A stretch of 64,000 nt of DNA from Thermodesulfobacteriota bacterium (GCA_040757625.1 JBFLWU010000007.1:66163-130162), one strand, 5' to 3'. Numbered from the stretch's first letter, positions 24,695 to 34,580 are shown. Numbers and translations: made by a program. The notes: generated from the sequence alone by a model not told the origin.

Positions 24695-26401
24695 TTATGT
24701 CCGATGCCCCTCCATGCCGGCGCCCACCATGGCCAGGATCTGCTCGTCCGTGAACCCTTTTAACTGCAATGCGCCGCTGAGGCACGATGCTGCGCATAAG
24801 CCGCACCCCTTGCATTCGGTCGAGTTTACCCGGGCGATCCGCACGGTTCCGCCCTCGGAATTTCTGGATTCAATCCAGCCTACCGCGCCGAAGGGGCATA
24901 TTTCAACGCACCGGCCGCAGGCTGAACACCGCAGGGGATTGACCTCGGACGTAAAGGCTTCGGTGACCACCTGCCGCCGGGCCATGGGAACCGCGGCCTT
25001 GGCCGCCGCCGCATACCCCTGGGCAACGCATTCCGAAATATCGGTGGGATACCGGGCGCAGCCCGCGATAAAAATCCCGTCGGCAGGAAACTCCACCGGT
25101 CGGAGCTTTTGATGGGCCTCCATAAAAAAGCCTTCATTGCCCAGCGGAATCTTCAGCATCCGGGACAGCTGCCGGTTATCCTTTGCCGGCACCAGCGGCG
25201 CCGTCAAAACCACCAAGTCGGTCTCCAGGGCAGCCTTTTTGCCCGTCAGTTCATGGATAACCGTTACCTTGCCGGCTTTATTTTGGGCGCCGGTTATCCG
25301 AGGCGGCTGCTCCCGGTTGAAGCGGATGAATTGCACCCCCAGGGAAAGCGCTTTCTGGTAATATTCCTCAAAGATCTTCCCGCAGGCCATCACATCCCGG
25401 TGCAGCACCCTGACTGAGGTTTCGGGCCGCCTTGACTTTATCAGGCTCGCGTTCTTCATGGCCGTTACGCAGCAGAAGCGGCCGCAATAGGTCCGATCCT
25501 GGCTGCGGGCACCCACGCAGTTGATCATGACGACCTGAGTAAAACCGTCATATTTATTTTTAAGACGCTCTTCCAGTTCAAGCTGGGTAATCACATTTGA
25601 GAAACGGCCATATCCCATCAGCCCGTGAGGTTTGAGTTCCTCTGCGCCCACCGCCACAATGATGGTGCCGATATTGAATTCTTCGTCCTGTCCATTCAAC
25701 CGCACAAGCGCCGTAAAGTTTCCGATAAATCCTTTGACGGCCGCCACCTCAGCCTGGAGGTGCACGCGAATGTTGTCATGCCGAGAGACCGCCTCGACCA
25801 GCGGCGTCAGCAACGCGGCGGCGGACTGATCGGACGGAAAAAGGATGTTGACGTTCTGCAAAAGCCCGCCCAGGCGGTTTTGCTTTTCAACGAGCTCCAC
25901 CCGGTAGCCCTGATTGGCCAGGGTCAGGGCGGCTGAAAGACCTGAAACGCCCCCACCGATAACCAGAGTAGCCGGTGTTACCGCCGTGGACTGGTCCTGC
26001 TGGGAGGTCAGCAGGCTGACCTTGGCCACCCCCATTCGAACCAGGTCCTTGGCCTTGGCGGTGGCTTCCACCGGCCGCCCCAGGTGAACCCAGGAGCAAT
26101 GCTCCCTGAGATTGACAAATTCAAAGAGATATTTATTCAGACCTGCCCGTTCGCAATTCTTTTTAAAAAGGGGTTCATGGGTCCGCGGGGTGCAGGAGGC
26201 CACCACCACCCGGTTGAGGTTCCGCTCTTTGATCTTATTGCGAATGGCGGAAAGACCGTCCTCTGAACAGGTATATAGATTCCCCATGGCGCAAACGACG
26301 TTGGGCAACGTTTCGGCATACCTTACCACCTCGGGCACGTTGACCGTACCCCCGATATTGGTTCCGCAGTTGCAGACAAAGACGCCGATTCTAAGAGACA
26401 T
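24695..26401 (-). CDS. hdrA: HdrA-like FAD/FeS protein (heterodisulfide reductase subunit A family)
   Basis: N-terminal IGVFVCNCGTNI, GGGVSGLSAAL FAD fold, and C-terminal ferredoxin CSACGRCVEICP / CKGCGLCAASC. The ATG at 26401 has a GGAG RBS. Confidence 0.85.
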   Translation of the reverse strand: MSLRIGVFVCNCGTNIGGTVNVPEVVRYAETLPNVVCAMGNLYTCSEDGLSAIRNKIKERNLNRVVVASCTPRTHEPLFKKNCERAGLNKYLFEFVNLREHCSWVHLGRPVEATAKAKDLVRMGVAKVSLLTSQQDQSTAVTPATLVIGGGVSGLSAALTLANQGYRVELVEKQNRLGGLLQNVNILFPSDQSAAALLTPLVEAVSRHDNIRVHLQAEVAAVKGFIGNFTALVRLNGQDEEFNIGTIIVAVGAEELKPHGLMGYGRFSNVITQLELEERLKNKYDGFTQVVMINCVGARSQDRTYCGRFCCVTAMKNASLIKSRRPETSVRVLHRDVMACGKIFEEYYQKALSLGVQFIRFNREQPPRITGAQNKAGKVTVIHELTGKKAALETDLVVLTAPLVPAKDNRQLSRMLKIPLGNEGFFMEAHQKLRPVEFPADGIFIAGCARYPTDISECVAQGYAAAAKAAVPMARRQVVTEAFTSEVNPLRCSACGRCVEICPFGAVGWIESRNSEGGTVRIARVNSTECKGCGLCAASCLSGALQLKGFTDEQILAMVGAGMEGHRT

Positions 26402-26692
26402 AATGCTCCGCCGTCCGAAAACCAAACTTTGGCTACCCCCGGAGGGGTTGTGCCCGGTTGGAATTTCATTTGATCATAAAATTCCAAACATCAAATTTTA
26501 AATATCAAAAAAATTCCAATGGCCAAACTCAGAAAAACGGCAGATGCTTTGCCTTTGAAAAGTTTTGGTCATTGAACATTACATTTTGAGATTTGTTTGT
26601 AATTTGTTTTTTGGAATTTGAAATTTTAAACTCCAAAATCCATAAACCGGGGTTTTTCTGCCGGTATAAATCTCCTGCAGAGCAAACCTCGA

Positions 26693-29392
26693 TCACTCCC
26701 TTGCCAGCAGTTCCGCCGCCCGGGCGGCCGCGGCCGATGCCCGGACCACCGAATCGGGCACGTCCATGGGCGACTGGCAGAACCCGCAGCTAAACACGCC
26801 CTCCCGGGTGGTGCCGAAAGGGCTGGTCAATCCCTGCGGGCTGACGATAAAACCGTAATCGTCGATTTCAATGCCCAGCTTTTGGGCAAGCGCAGCATTG
26901 CCGACACTCGGCATAAGCGCCTGGGCCAGAATGACCATGTCAAACTCCCGGGCCTCCAATTTCCGGTTGACGGTATCCTCGAAATGGACGACCGGATTAT
27001 GATTATCGCCGTTTTCCGTTATCCGGCCCGGCCGGGCGCGAATGTATTCAACCTTGTACTGGCTTTTGGCTCTCTGGATGTATTCCTGAAAGCCCTTGCC
27101 CACCGCCCGCATATCCATATAAAAGATGGTGGAAGACAGCTGCGGATAATGCTCCCGTGCCAGGACGGCCTCCTTGGTGGCGTGCATGCAGCAGACCGCG
27201 GAACAGTATTTTTGATGGCGGACATCCCGCGACCCCACACACTGGATAAAAGCCAGTTCTTTAGGCTCCCTTGCGTCCGACGGGCGTTTCAGATGTCCAT
27301 GGGTCGGTCCGGACGCGCAGATCATTCGTTCAAACTGCATGGCCGTAATCACGTTCGATAGTTTCCCCCAACCATATTCGGTCAGAGCGGAGATGTCGTA
27401 AAGATCAAAGCCGGTGGCCAGAATCACGGCGCCCACATCCAGCTCTACCGCCCGGTTCGCCTGCCGGAAGTTGACCGCCTGGGCCTTGCAGACTTTCATG
27501 CACTGATAACACTCTGAACAAATCCCGCAGGAGATGCAGCGTGCGGCCTCCGCCAGAACCTGCGCCTGGGTAAACCCCAGTTGGACTTCGGAAAAGTTTT
27601 TGCGCCGGCGGGCCGGTTTCAGCCGCGGCATCCGGTTGCGGGGTATGCGGTCATACCCGCCGGCGGGTATGTTCGGCGCCGCGTTCCACTGAATGTCGCG
27701 GTTTTCACGAAGGTCTGCACCGCGGATAAACCGATCGATGGAAATCGCCGCCTGTTTGCCGGCCTCGATGGCCTCGATGACCGTTTTCGGCCCGCTGACG
27801 GCATCGCCGCCGGCAAAGATATCGGGCTCATCGGTCTGCAGCGTAACGGGATCCACATTCATGGTGCCCCAGTCCGAAAGCGTGCAGGCGCATTCCGGAC
27901 CCAGGCAGGACCAATCGGATTCCTGACCGATGGCGGGGATGACCCCGTCCACTTTGAGGACAAATTCCGATCCTTCCAGCGCCACCGGGCGTCTGCGGCC
28001 GCCGGCATCCGGATCACCCAGTTTCATTTTGCGGCACGCGATGGCCCTGACCTTTCCGCCTTCCCCGATGATCCGGATTGGGCTCGTCAGGGTCAGAATT
28101 TCAATTCCCTCTTCGCGGCATTCCTCGATCTCCTCCGCATTGGCCGGCATCTCCTGAAGACTGCGGCGGTATATGATAAAAGGCTTTTTGGCACCGAGAC
28201 GCAGGGCCGTGCGGACAGTATCCATGGCGACGTTTCCGCCGCCGATCACCGCAATGCGCTTTCCGGCAAGGGAAATCGGTTTGCCGAGATTGACGTCCCT
28301 TAAAAAATCAACACCGGGAAACACCCCTTCCAGGTCTTCGCCCTCGATCTCCATCTTCTTGCATTCCTGGGCGCCGATGCCCAGAAAGACGGCGCGATAG
28401 CCCTGTCTGCGGATCTGTTCGATGGTAATGTCCCTGCCGACTTCCACCCCGGTCCGAATGTCGACGCCCATGTCCCGGAGGACCTGGATCTCGGCGGCAA
28501 TGACCTCTCTGGGCAGGCGATAGTCCGGGATGCCCACCGAAAGCATGCCGCCGGCAACCGGCAGTTTTTCCAAAACAGTCACCCCATACCCTTCCCGGGC
28601 CAGATAATAGGCGCAGGACAGTCCGGCCGGTCCCGAACCGATAACGGCGATCTTTTCGTCTTTAGCGGCTTTGATTTCAGGAACGTATCTTTTTTCTGCG
28701 TGAAGCTCCCTGTCCGCGACAAAACGCTTGATGGAATCGATGGCCACCGGCTCATCCAGCTCTCCGCGTGTGCAGGCCGATTCGCAGGGATGGTGACACA
28801 CCCGGCCGCAAACCGCCGGGAGCGGATTTTCTTCCTTGATCAGTTTCAGCGCTTCATCGAAACGGCCCTGGGCCGCCAGAGCGACATACCCCTGAACACT
28901 GATATGGGCCGGGCAAGCGGCCTTGCAGGGGGCTGTCCCCCTGCGGGTGACGGTAAAAGTAGACGGAACGGCCTGGGGAAAGAATTTATGGATGGCCTTG
29001 CGCCGACCCAGGCCCGCGTTGAAATGGTCACTGATCGTGACCGGGCATCCATCGATACAGTCGCCGCAGCCCACGCACTTGTCTTCGTCGATGTAGCGGG
29101 CCTTGCGAATAATGCGGGCCCTGAATTTTCCGGCCCGGCCGGTCAGGCCGTCGAGTTCCGAGTATGTCAGCAGCTTGATATTCTCATGGTTGGCGCATTC
29201 GATCATCTTGGGGGCCAGAATACACATGGCGCAGTCGTTGGTGGGAAAGGTTTTGTCCAGCTGCGCCATACGACCGCCGATGCTGGGGTTCTGCTCCACC
29301 AGGTAGACCTGTTTCCCCATGCCGGCCAGGTCGATGGAGGCCTGCATCCCTGCGATTCCGCCGCCGATGACCAGAACTGCATTGTGATTCAC
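26693..29392 (-). CDS. HdrA-like protein with an inserted GltD/NfnB-type NAD(P)H:FAD module (HdrL-type fusion)
   Basis: HdrA N-terminus (VLVIGGGIAGMQAS...NDCAMCILAPK) and C-terminus (FIQCVGSRD...YCSAVCCMHATKEA) flank NPLPAVCGRVCHHPCESAC, VIGSGPAGLSCAYYL, GIPDYRLP and FAGGD. Confidence 0.85.
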   Translation of the reverse strand: MNHNAVLVIGGGIAGMQASIDLAGMGKQVYLVEQNPSIGGRMAQLDKTFPTNDCAMCILAPKMIECANHENIKLLTYSELDGLTGRAGKFRARIIRKARYIDEDKCVGCGDCIDGCPVTISDHFNAGLGRRKAIHKFFPQAVPSTFTVTRRGTAPCKAACPAHISVQGYVALAAQGRFDEALKLIKEENPLPAVCGRVCHHPCESACTRGELDEPVAIDSIKRFVADRELHAEKRYVPEIKAAKDEKIAVIGSGPAGLSCAYYLAREGYGVTVLEKLPVAGGMLSVGIPDYRLPREVIAAEIQVLRDMGVDIRTGVEVGRDITIEQIRRQGYRAVFLGIGAQECKKMEIEGEDLEGVFPGVDFLRDVNLGKPISLAGKRIAVIGGGNVAMDTVRTALRLGAKKPFIIYRRSLQEMPANAEEIEECREEGIEILTLTSPIRIIGEGGKVRAIACRKMKLGDPDAGGRRRPVALEGSEFVLKVDGVIPAIGQESDWSCLGPECACTLSDWGTMNVDPVTLQTDEPDIFAGGDAVSGPKTVIEAIEAGKQAAISIDRFIRGADLRENRDIQWNAAPNIPAGGYDRIPRNRMPRLKPARRRKNFSEVQLGFTQAQVLAEAARCISCGICSECYQCMKVCKAQAVNFRQANRAVELDVGAVILATGFDLYDISALTEYGWGKLSNVITAMQFERMICASGPTHGHLKRPSDAREPKELAFIQCVGSRDVRHQKYCSAVCCMHATKEAVLAREHYPQLSSTIFYMDMRAVGKGFQEYIQRAKSQYKVEYIRARPGRITENGDNHNPVVHFEDTVNRKLEAREFDMVILAQALMPSVGNAALAQKLGIEIDDYGFIVSPQGLTSPFGTTREGVFSCGFCQSPMDVPDSVVRASAAAARAAELLARE

Positions 29393-29453
29393 GCCGGGAA
29401 TCCTTTTTGGGTTTAACGCCGAGAGCTATTGCCGACTGTTAAAAAAATATTCA

Positions 29454-29469
29454 GTTCATTATCGTGAAC
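29454..29469. promoter_or_regulatory. operator-like inverted repeat GTTCATTATCGTGAAC
   Basis: GTTCA-N6-TGAAC lies just downstream of a minus-strand TTGACA-16nt-TATTAT promoter candidate facing the hdr fusion gene. Confidence 0.55.
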
Positions 29470-29577
29470 AATATTTTCTTGAATAATATCAGTTTCCGCT
29501 GACCTGTCAAGAGAAAACTTATCATATAAAACCTTTTGAATCATGGTAAAATACGGCTTGCCCCGCTAAAAATAGTA

Positions 29578-29606
29578 TTGACAAAGAAATAAAACAATTG
29601 TAATAG
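29578..29606 (+). promoter_or_regulatory. sigma70-like promoter of iclR (TTGACA, 17 nt spacer, TAATAG)
   Basis: TTGACA lies at 29578-29583 and TAATAG at 29601-29606. Confidence 0.45.
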
Positions 29607-29617
29607 TTATAAAAAAA

Positions 29618-29633
29618 ATTCATCATGGTGAAC
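29618..29633. promoter_or_regulatory. operator-like inverted repeat ATTCATCATGGTGAAC
   Basis: This is the same (G/A)TTCA-N6-TGAAC motif. It lies between the -10 box and the iclR ATG (29635). Confidence 0.55.
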
Positions 29634-29634
29634 A

Positions 29635-30405
29635 ATGCCGCCGAAATATCTTGCACCGTCCGTAACCAAAGCGTTTCAGATTTTAAAACTGGTGACCAAA
29701 TCAGACCGGGGATTGAAAATCACCGACCTGTCCAAAGCGCTGGGAATCGGCAAAAGCACCGTTCATGGCATCACCGCCGCCCTTGAAGAGCTGGGCGCCA
29801 TCCTGCGCGACCCTGTCAGCAAACGGTATCGCCCGGGACTTACCCTTCTGGAACTGGGCAAATCGGCCCATTCCCAGTTCGATTTGAAAGATCTGGCCCG
29901 GCCGGTAATGGAAGACCTGATGGAAAACGCCCAGGAGTCTGTCTTCCTGGGGGTGCTCAACGGGGAGCACATCACGATCCTGGATATCGTCGAATCCCGC
30001 AACGACCTGAAAATCACTTCCCCGGTGGGTACCGCCCTTCCGCTGATGGCCGGCGCAGCCGGAAAAGTTTTTCTGTCGGAAATGAACGCGGCGCAACGAT
30101 CCAGAATTATTGAATCCAGGGGGATTCCCCGATATACGGATAATACCGTCACCGATCCTCAGCAGTATCTTTCAGAAATTGAAAACGTTCGAAAGACGGG
30201 GTGGGCCACTGATTATGAAGAATATATACCCGGGGTCCGGGCCGTGGCCGCGCCGATCCGTTCAAGCCGTCATTTCAGCGCCGCCATCTGGGTGGTGGGG
30301 TTTAAAATGACCCTGGATGATGATAAAATGAAAATGCTGGCAGCGGCCACCACGGATGCGGCTGAACGCATCAGCCGCAAGTTCGAGGAACAGCAGCTTT
30401 TATGA
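29635..30405 (+). CDS. IclR-family transcriptional regulator
   Basis: N-terminal wHTH (SVTKAFQILKLV...LSKALGIGKSTVHGI) and a C-terminal IclR effector domain. Confidence 0.9.
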   Translation: MPPKYLAPSVTKAFQILKLVTKSDRGLKITDLSKALGIGKSTVHGITAALEELGAILRDPVSKRYRPGLTLLELGKSAHSQFDLKDLARPVMEDLMENAQESVFLGVLNGEHITILDIVESRNDLKITSPVGTALPLMAGAAGKVFLSEMNAAQRSRIIESRGIPRYTDNTVTDPQQYLSEIENVRKTGWATDYEEYIPGVRAVAAPIRSSRHFSAAIWVVGFKMTLDDDKMKMLAAATTDAAERISRKFEEQQLL

Positions 30406-30689
30406 AAATAAAAATCGAATCATTGGGTCTGCCGCTTCTTTCCAGACTGATCGGGAAAAAGACCGAAATCGATTTTCCCGGCAAAACGGTCGCGGACCTT
30501 GTCGCCCATCTGGTGAAACGCCATGGCCAAGAGATGCAAAAGGCGCTCCTGGATAAAGACGGCAGGCTGGATCTGACCATTCAGGTCATGATGAATGATG
30601 AGGGAATTCTACACCGGGAACAGTATCCAAAGCGGATTCTGAAAGACGGCGACAAGGTGATATTCATGATTTTGGTCGGCGGGGGCTAA
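30402..30689 (+). CDS. MoaD/ThiS-family ubiquitin-like sulfur-carrier protein
   Basis: 95 aa ending in ...ILVGGG (C-terminal Gly-Gly). Its start overlaps the iclR stop (ATGA). Confidence 0.72.
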   Translation: MKIKIESLGLPLLSRLIGKKTEIDFPGKTVADLVAHLVKRHGQEMQKALLDKDGRLDLTIQVMMNDEGILHREQYPKRILKDGDKVIFMILVGGG

Positions 30690-31495
30690 TCCCCATAGGG
30701 AATGCTGGAACGCGTGTGTACCTTTAAATCCCTGACCCCCTGAATCCCTTTCACCGTTGCAAGGATCTTCCGCACCAGGGTTTCCTCCTGAGATTCCGGA
30801 ACCGTGGTTGCGATATGAACAATGCCGTCTTTAGCAGCCACTTCTATATCGGGCTTCAGGTCTACCAGCAACGCCTTGACCTCGGCGGACAAGACCAGAT
30901 CATCCATCCCTTTCTGCGATTCAGGGGTTGTTTGAAAATCTTTCAGGCCGACGGTATTGCAGATGATTTCCGCTGCATCGTCAACGGAAATTTTCTTGAT
31001 ATGAATGACCAGGTCATACAGGCGCGGATCCCCGGTATCAATCCCGTAAAGGTGTAGGCTCCACCTCCTTCTTTCCTCGTCGTCAAGTTCAAGCATCCGC
31101 CGGGCCTCTTTTTCGGAAATGCCGTGACGCTCCTTTTCGAGTTTGACGCGATCTTCCATTTCAGCAAGGATTCTCACCTTAAGAACGTGAGAAACGCCCT
31201 TGAGAAAAAAATGCCCGGCAAGACCGTGATAGACGACACGATCCTTTTGGAATTGTTGCAGCAGGGCCTTCTGGATATATGCCACATATTTTTCTTTCCG
31301 GTATCCGAAGCGATCTAAAATCGACGGCGCATCGTGAATGGCCCGCACCAGCTTGATCTCCGGTATATTAAAGTCTTTGGAGGCTTCCACCAGTATGTCA
31401 CGGGCAATGCACGCGTAGCCCAGTCTTTTGGCAACCTTTTCAGCCACTTCTTTTCCGCGGCTGTACGACCCCCTGGAGATGGTAACAATCGACAT
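30686..31495 (-). CDS. cytidylate-kinase-like family protein with a BON-like C-terminal domain (paralog 1)
   Basis: MSIVTISRGSYSRGKEVAEKVAKRLGY. It is roughly half identical by eye to the product of 37628-38428. Confidence 0.65.
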   Translation of the reverse strand: MSIVTISRGSYSRGKEVAEKVAKRLGYACIARDILVEASKDFNIPEIKLVRAIHDAPSILDRFGYRKEKYVAYIQKALLQQFQKDRVVYHGLAGHFFLKGVSHVLKVRILAEMEDRVKLEKERHGISEKEARRMLELDDEERRRWSLHLYGIDTGDPRLYDLVIHIKKISVDDAAEIICNTVGLKDFQTTPESQKGMDDLVLSAEVKALLVDLKPDIEVAAKDGIVHIATTVPESQEETLVRKILATVKGIQGVRDLKVHTRSSIPYGD

Positions 31496-31773
31496 GGTGT
31501 CCCCCTGTAATAATTTTAGTCCCTTTACCCCAATCGAGCGAAAGCCCTGGGTGCCCAGCTTCAAGGCGTCCGAGGGCGAAGCCGTAGTATACTACTGCGA
31601 GTCCTCGGCAACGCAGAAGATGGGCGCCCAGGACTTTCCCAAAGGGTAAACAAAATGGAGACTTTTCTTAAAATTATATCGCTTTGAAAATAGCATGATG
31701 AGATCCGTTCAAATAGCCTAATAATATTTATTTGTTAAAAAGGTCCTCTATTTTGTTTACGCTCATTTGGGGT

Positions 31774-32457
31774 TTACAAATTGACCGGCAATGCTTCGGC
31801 AGCACCGCCCGTCAGCTTTTTCGCAAGAACGATATGGCATTTTCCGGCAGAGGTGTCGGAAGAAATTTCGGCACCGACGGCTTTGGCAAGCAGCGCCACC
31901 TGTCGTGACGGGAAAGATTCAAAACCGCCCGGCGCTATTCCGGAAATTTCGATCTCGATCCCGTCATCGACCGCAAGCAGGGCGACGCTGATAAGTTTAT
32001 CATGGTCGGCAGCAGACAGGGCATAGTGGAATGTATGATAAAGGAGGTTTTCAAGAATAAAAGGGCTGGTAAAAATCACATGAGAATCGTTTTCCGAAAA
32101 TTCAATCTTTACCGCCTTGCTGAACGGATCCAGCCTGACCAGCTGAATCGCAAGAGAGATGGCCGCCCCCAGGTCGATATCACGGACCCATTCATCCACG
32201 CTATGGGCAAAGGTATTCATGCATCGAATAACGGCATTGGCGCGTTCAACCTCTTCAACAATGCTGTCGCTCATAGAGCGGAGCCTTGCGGGCGTCAATT
32301 CCATGCCGCTTTCGGACAGCTCCACCAGTTCATCCAGCAAGCCCATGGTCTCAGAAATAATGGCAAGGATATTTTTCAATTCATGGGATATTAACCGATT
32401 GGTTTTGCCGAAGAAGGCAAGTCCTTCAGCATAAATTTTTCCAGCCTCTTTTTCCAT
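31774..32457 (-). CDS. soluble histidine-kinase-like protein (H-box present, ATPase domain degenerate)
   Basis: H-box ISHELKNILAIIS, with no TM segments. The start at 32457 avoids overlap with the upstream receiver gene. Confidence 0.5.
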   Translation of the reverse strand: MEKEAGKIYAEGLAFFGKTNRLISHELKNILAIISETMGLLDELVELSESGMELTPARLRSMSDSIVEEVERANAVIRCMNTFAHSVDEWVRDIDLGAAISLAIQLVRLDPFSKAVKIEFSENDSHVIFTSPFILENLLYHTFHYALSAADHDKLISVALLAVDDGIEIEISGIAPGGFESFPSRQVALLAKAVGAEISSDTSAGKCHIVLAKKLTGGAAEALPVNL

Positions 32458-32479
32458 AGATTCCCCTGGGATGGGCGTG

Positions 32480-32833
32480 CTAGGTATTGAGGGCCTGCTC
32501 AATTATTTCAACCAGCGCTTCAATCTTAAAGGGCTTGATAATGCAGCAAACCGCTTCCCTGCATACGGTATCATAGTCCTGCTCAGACCCGTGACCGGTA
32601 ATAAAAATAAACTTGATGCCCGGCGTAATTTGCGCAATCCTGTTTTTAAGGTCGATACCGCTCATGGAAGGCATCTTGACATCCAGCACGGCAATATCAT
32701 ATTTTTCGGCGCCGACTTTGGCGAGGGCCTCATCAGCGGTCGTGGCCCAGGCGGCATCAAAGCCTCTGAGCGCCAGCCTTTCCGCCAGGCGCGAAACAAA
32801 TTTTTCCTCGTCGTCAACCAGCAAGAGTTTCAT
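32480..32833 (-). CDS. single-domain response regulator (REC only)
   Basis: MKLLLVDDE...DIAVLDVKMP...IKP, with RBS GGAGGAG upstream. Confidence 0.85.
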   Translation of the reverse strand: MKLLLVDDEEKFVSRLAERLALRGFDAAWATTADEALAKVGAEKYDIAVLDVKMPSMSGIDLKNRIAQITPGIKFIFITGHGSEQDYDTVCREAVCCIIKPFKIEALVEIIEQALNT

Positions 32834-34580
32834 CTTTAACATCTCCTCCATGCTTGATCGGCAAAGTAACGGTAAAAGTCGTTCCCGTACCGACCCGGCT
32901 CTGCACGGAAATCTCGCCTCTAAGTTTTCTTACCAGGCCGTAGGTTATGGAGAGGCCCAGGCCCGTCCCTCCTTTCAATCCCTTTGTCGTAAAGAAAGGC
33001 TCGAAAATCTTCTGCCGATCTTCTTCTGAAATCCCGCAGCCGTTATCGGCTATGCTGATGCTGACGGATCCCTTGGCATGCTTCTCCGCCCGGATTTCCA
33101 GGCGGCCGCCTTTGTCCATCGCCTGGAAAGCGTTGTTGATCAGGTTGAGAAAAATCTGCTGCAGACTGCCGTGGTCGGAGTCGACAACCGGAAAATCATC
33201 GGGAATGTCAATATGAATCTGGATATTGCGATAGGCGGCTTCCTTTCCGAGAAAGGATAAAACGCTCGAAATGATTTTTCCGATTTGAAGCGGCTGAATC
33301 TTGGGCTCGAAGTGCCGGGCAAATTCCAAAAGTTGCCGGGTTATTTCACCGCAGCGTTCAACAGACTCCAGCACAGCGGAAATCAGTTCTTTAAGCTGGT
33401 GATCGTCCTTATATTCTTTTTTCAGATTGAACATATCATCGATCAGGCCGGCATTCTCACCGATGACCGCCAGCGGATTATTGATTTCATGCGCCACCCC
33501 CGCGGCAAGGCGCCCGATGGAAATAAGCCGGCTGGAGCCTTCGAGACGCTCCATGGCCTTAAGCCTGGTCTGGTCGGCATCATATATTTTATTCACCATA
33601 AATGTTGATATACCCAACACAACGATAAGGGTAACAAATACGCTGATACCGAAAATCCAGTTGATTTCTTTGCGCAGCGTATACCACCCCTGCATGATCA
33701 CTTCGTTTCGTTTAACCAGCATCAGAATATACGGAGAATTCTCAATATAGGCATACCCGATCAGAACCGGATTGCCGCTCCTGTCGACAGCCTCCAGGAC
33801 CTGCGTGTGTTTGGAATATTCAGGGACCGGCCAGTCGATTTTATTAAGAAGCCCCCCGTAATATTTTGAAGGGGTTTGAAGCAGGCCTTCACGGTTGCAT
33901 AGAAACGCTTCGCTTTTTTCACTGAGCTCCAGAGATGAAAGAATCTGGACGAACTTCTTGATATCCAGCGTTGCGCGCAAAATATAGAAAGATCCCTTGG
34001 GAGTCGCCCGCTTCAGGGCGATAATCATATGCGGCATATTGCGATAACCCAAAAACACATCGCTGAGATAGGACCCGTTTCGGGCGCAGCCGATAAACCA
34101 TTTCTGATTACGGTAATCTTTATTTTTTAAATCGAACGGGCCTGCATAATTGGTCTGGATGCCTGAAGCGTTGATAACGCCCAGATCGATAATGCCGCCG
34201 AATCCCCGCTGCAGATTTCGCAGAATATACGAAAGTGACTCATGGTTGTTGAGAGATTCGAACTTTTCTTCTTGAACAATGAACTTCAGTGCATCCAGGC
34301 GCTCTTCAAAAAAATATGTCAGCGCCCGTCTGGTGTTGGATGTCAATCGGATCGTGTGAAGATGGTTTTCATTCCGGATGGCCTTGTTTTCCAGCACATA
34401 GGTGAACATGAAAAGGATCGCTATGGGAACCAGAGATACCAGCGACCGCAGCGTGATGGAAGAGAACCAGAACTTGCGGTAATTGAACAGGATTTGCCCC
34501 TGCGTCTCCGAAGTGCCGGCGTTCCAGAACCGCGGTTTGAAATGATCGGCGATAGAGGTCAGGCGATTGATGAGTATCAT
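32814..34580 (-). CDS. membrane sensor histidine kinase with a periplasmic Cache-like domain
   Basis: Two TM segments flank a ~270 aa sensor domain. H-box [12 protein letters not shown]. HATPase N, G1 and G2 boxes (NLINNA, DNGCGI, GTGLGL). Confidence 0.9.
   Translation of the reverse strand: MILINRLTSIADHFKPRFWNAGTSETQGQILFNYRKFWFSSITLRSLVSLVPIAILFMFTYVLENKAIRNENHLHTIRLTSNTRRALTYFFEERLDALKFIVQEEKFESLNNHESLSYILRNLQRGFGGIIDLGVINASGIQTNYAGPFDLKNKDYRNQKWFIGCARNGSYLSDVFLGYRNMPHMIIALKRATPKGSFYILRATLDIKKFVQILSSLELSEKSEAFLCNREGLLQTPSKYYGGLLNKIDWPVPEYSKHTQVLEAVDRSGNPVLIGYAYIENSPYILMLVKRNEVIMQGWYTLRKEINWIFGISVFVTLIVVLGISTFMVNKIYDADQTRLKAMERLEGSSRLISIGRLAAGVAHEINNPLAVIGENAGLIDDMFNLKKEYKDDHQLKELISAVLESVERCGEITRQLLEFARHFEPKIQPLQIGKIISSVLSFLGKEAAYRNIQIHIDIPDDFPVVDSDHGSLQQIFLNLINNAFQAMDKGGRLEIRAEKHAKGSVSISIADNGCGISEEDRQKIFEPFFTTKGLKGGTGLGLSITYGLVRKLRGEISVQSRVGTGTTFTVTLPIKHGGDVKDETLAG

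Noticed and set aside
21009-29392. Interpretation of the AOR-like and Hdr-like genes as class II benzoyl-CoA reductase (BamBCDEFGHI).
   Set aside because: There is no HdrD/CCG-domain (BamD-like), MvhD-like (BamF) or NuoEFG-like (BamGHI) gene here. The W-enzyme N-terminus and motifs look like general AOR rather than what I recall of BamB. This is not fully excluded without a phylogeny.
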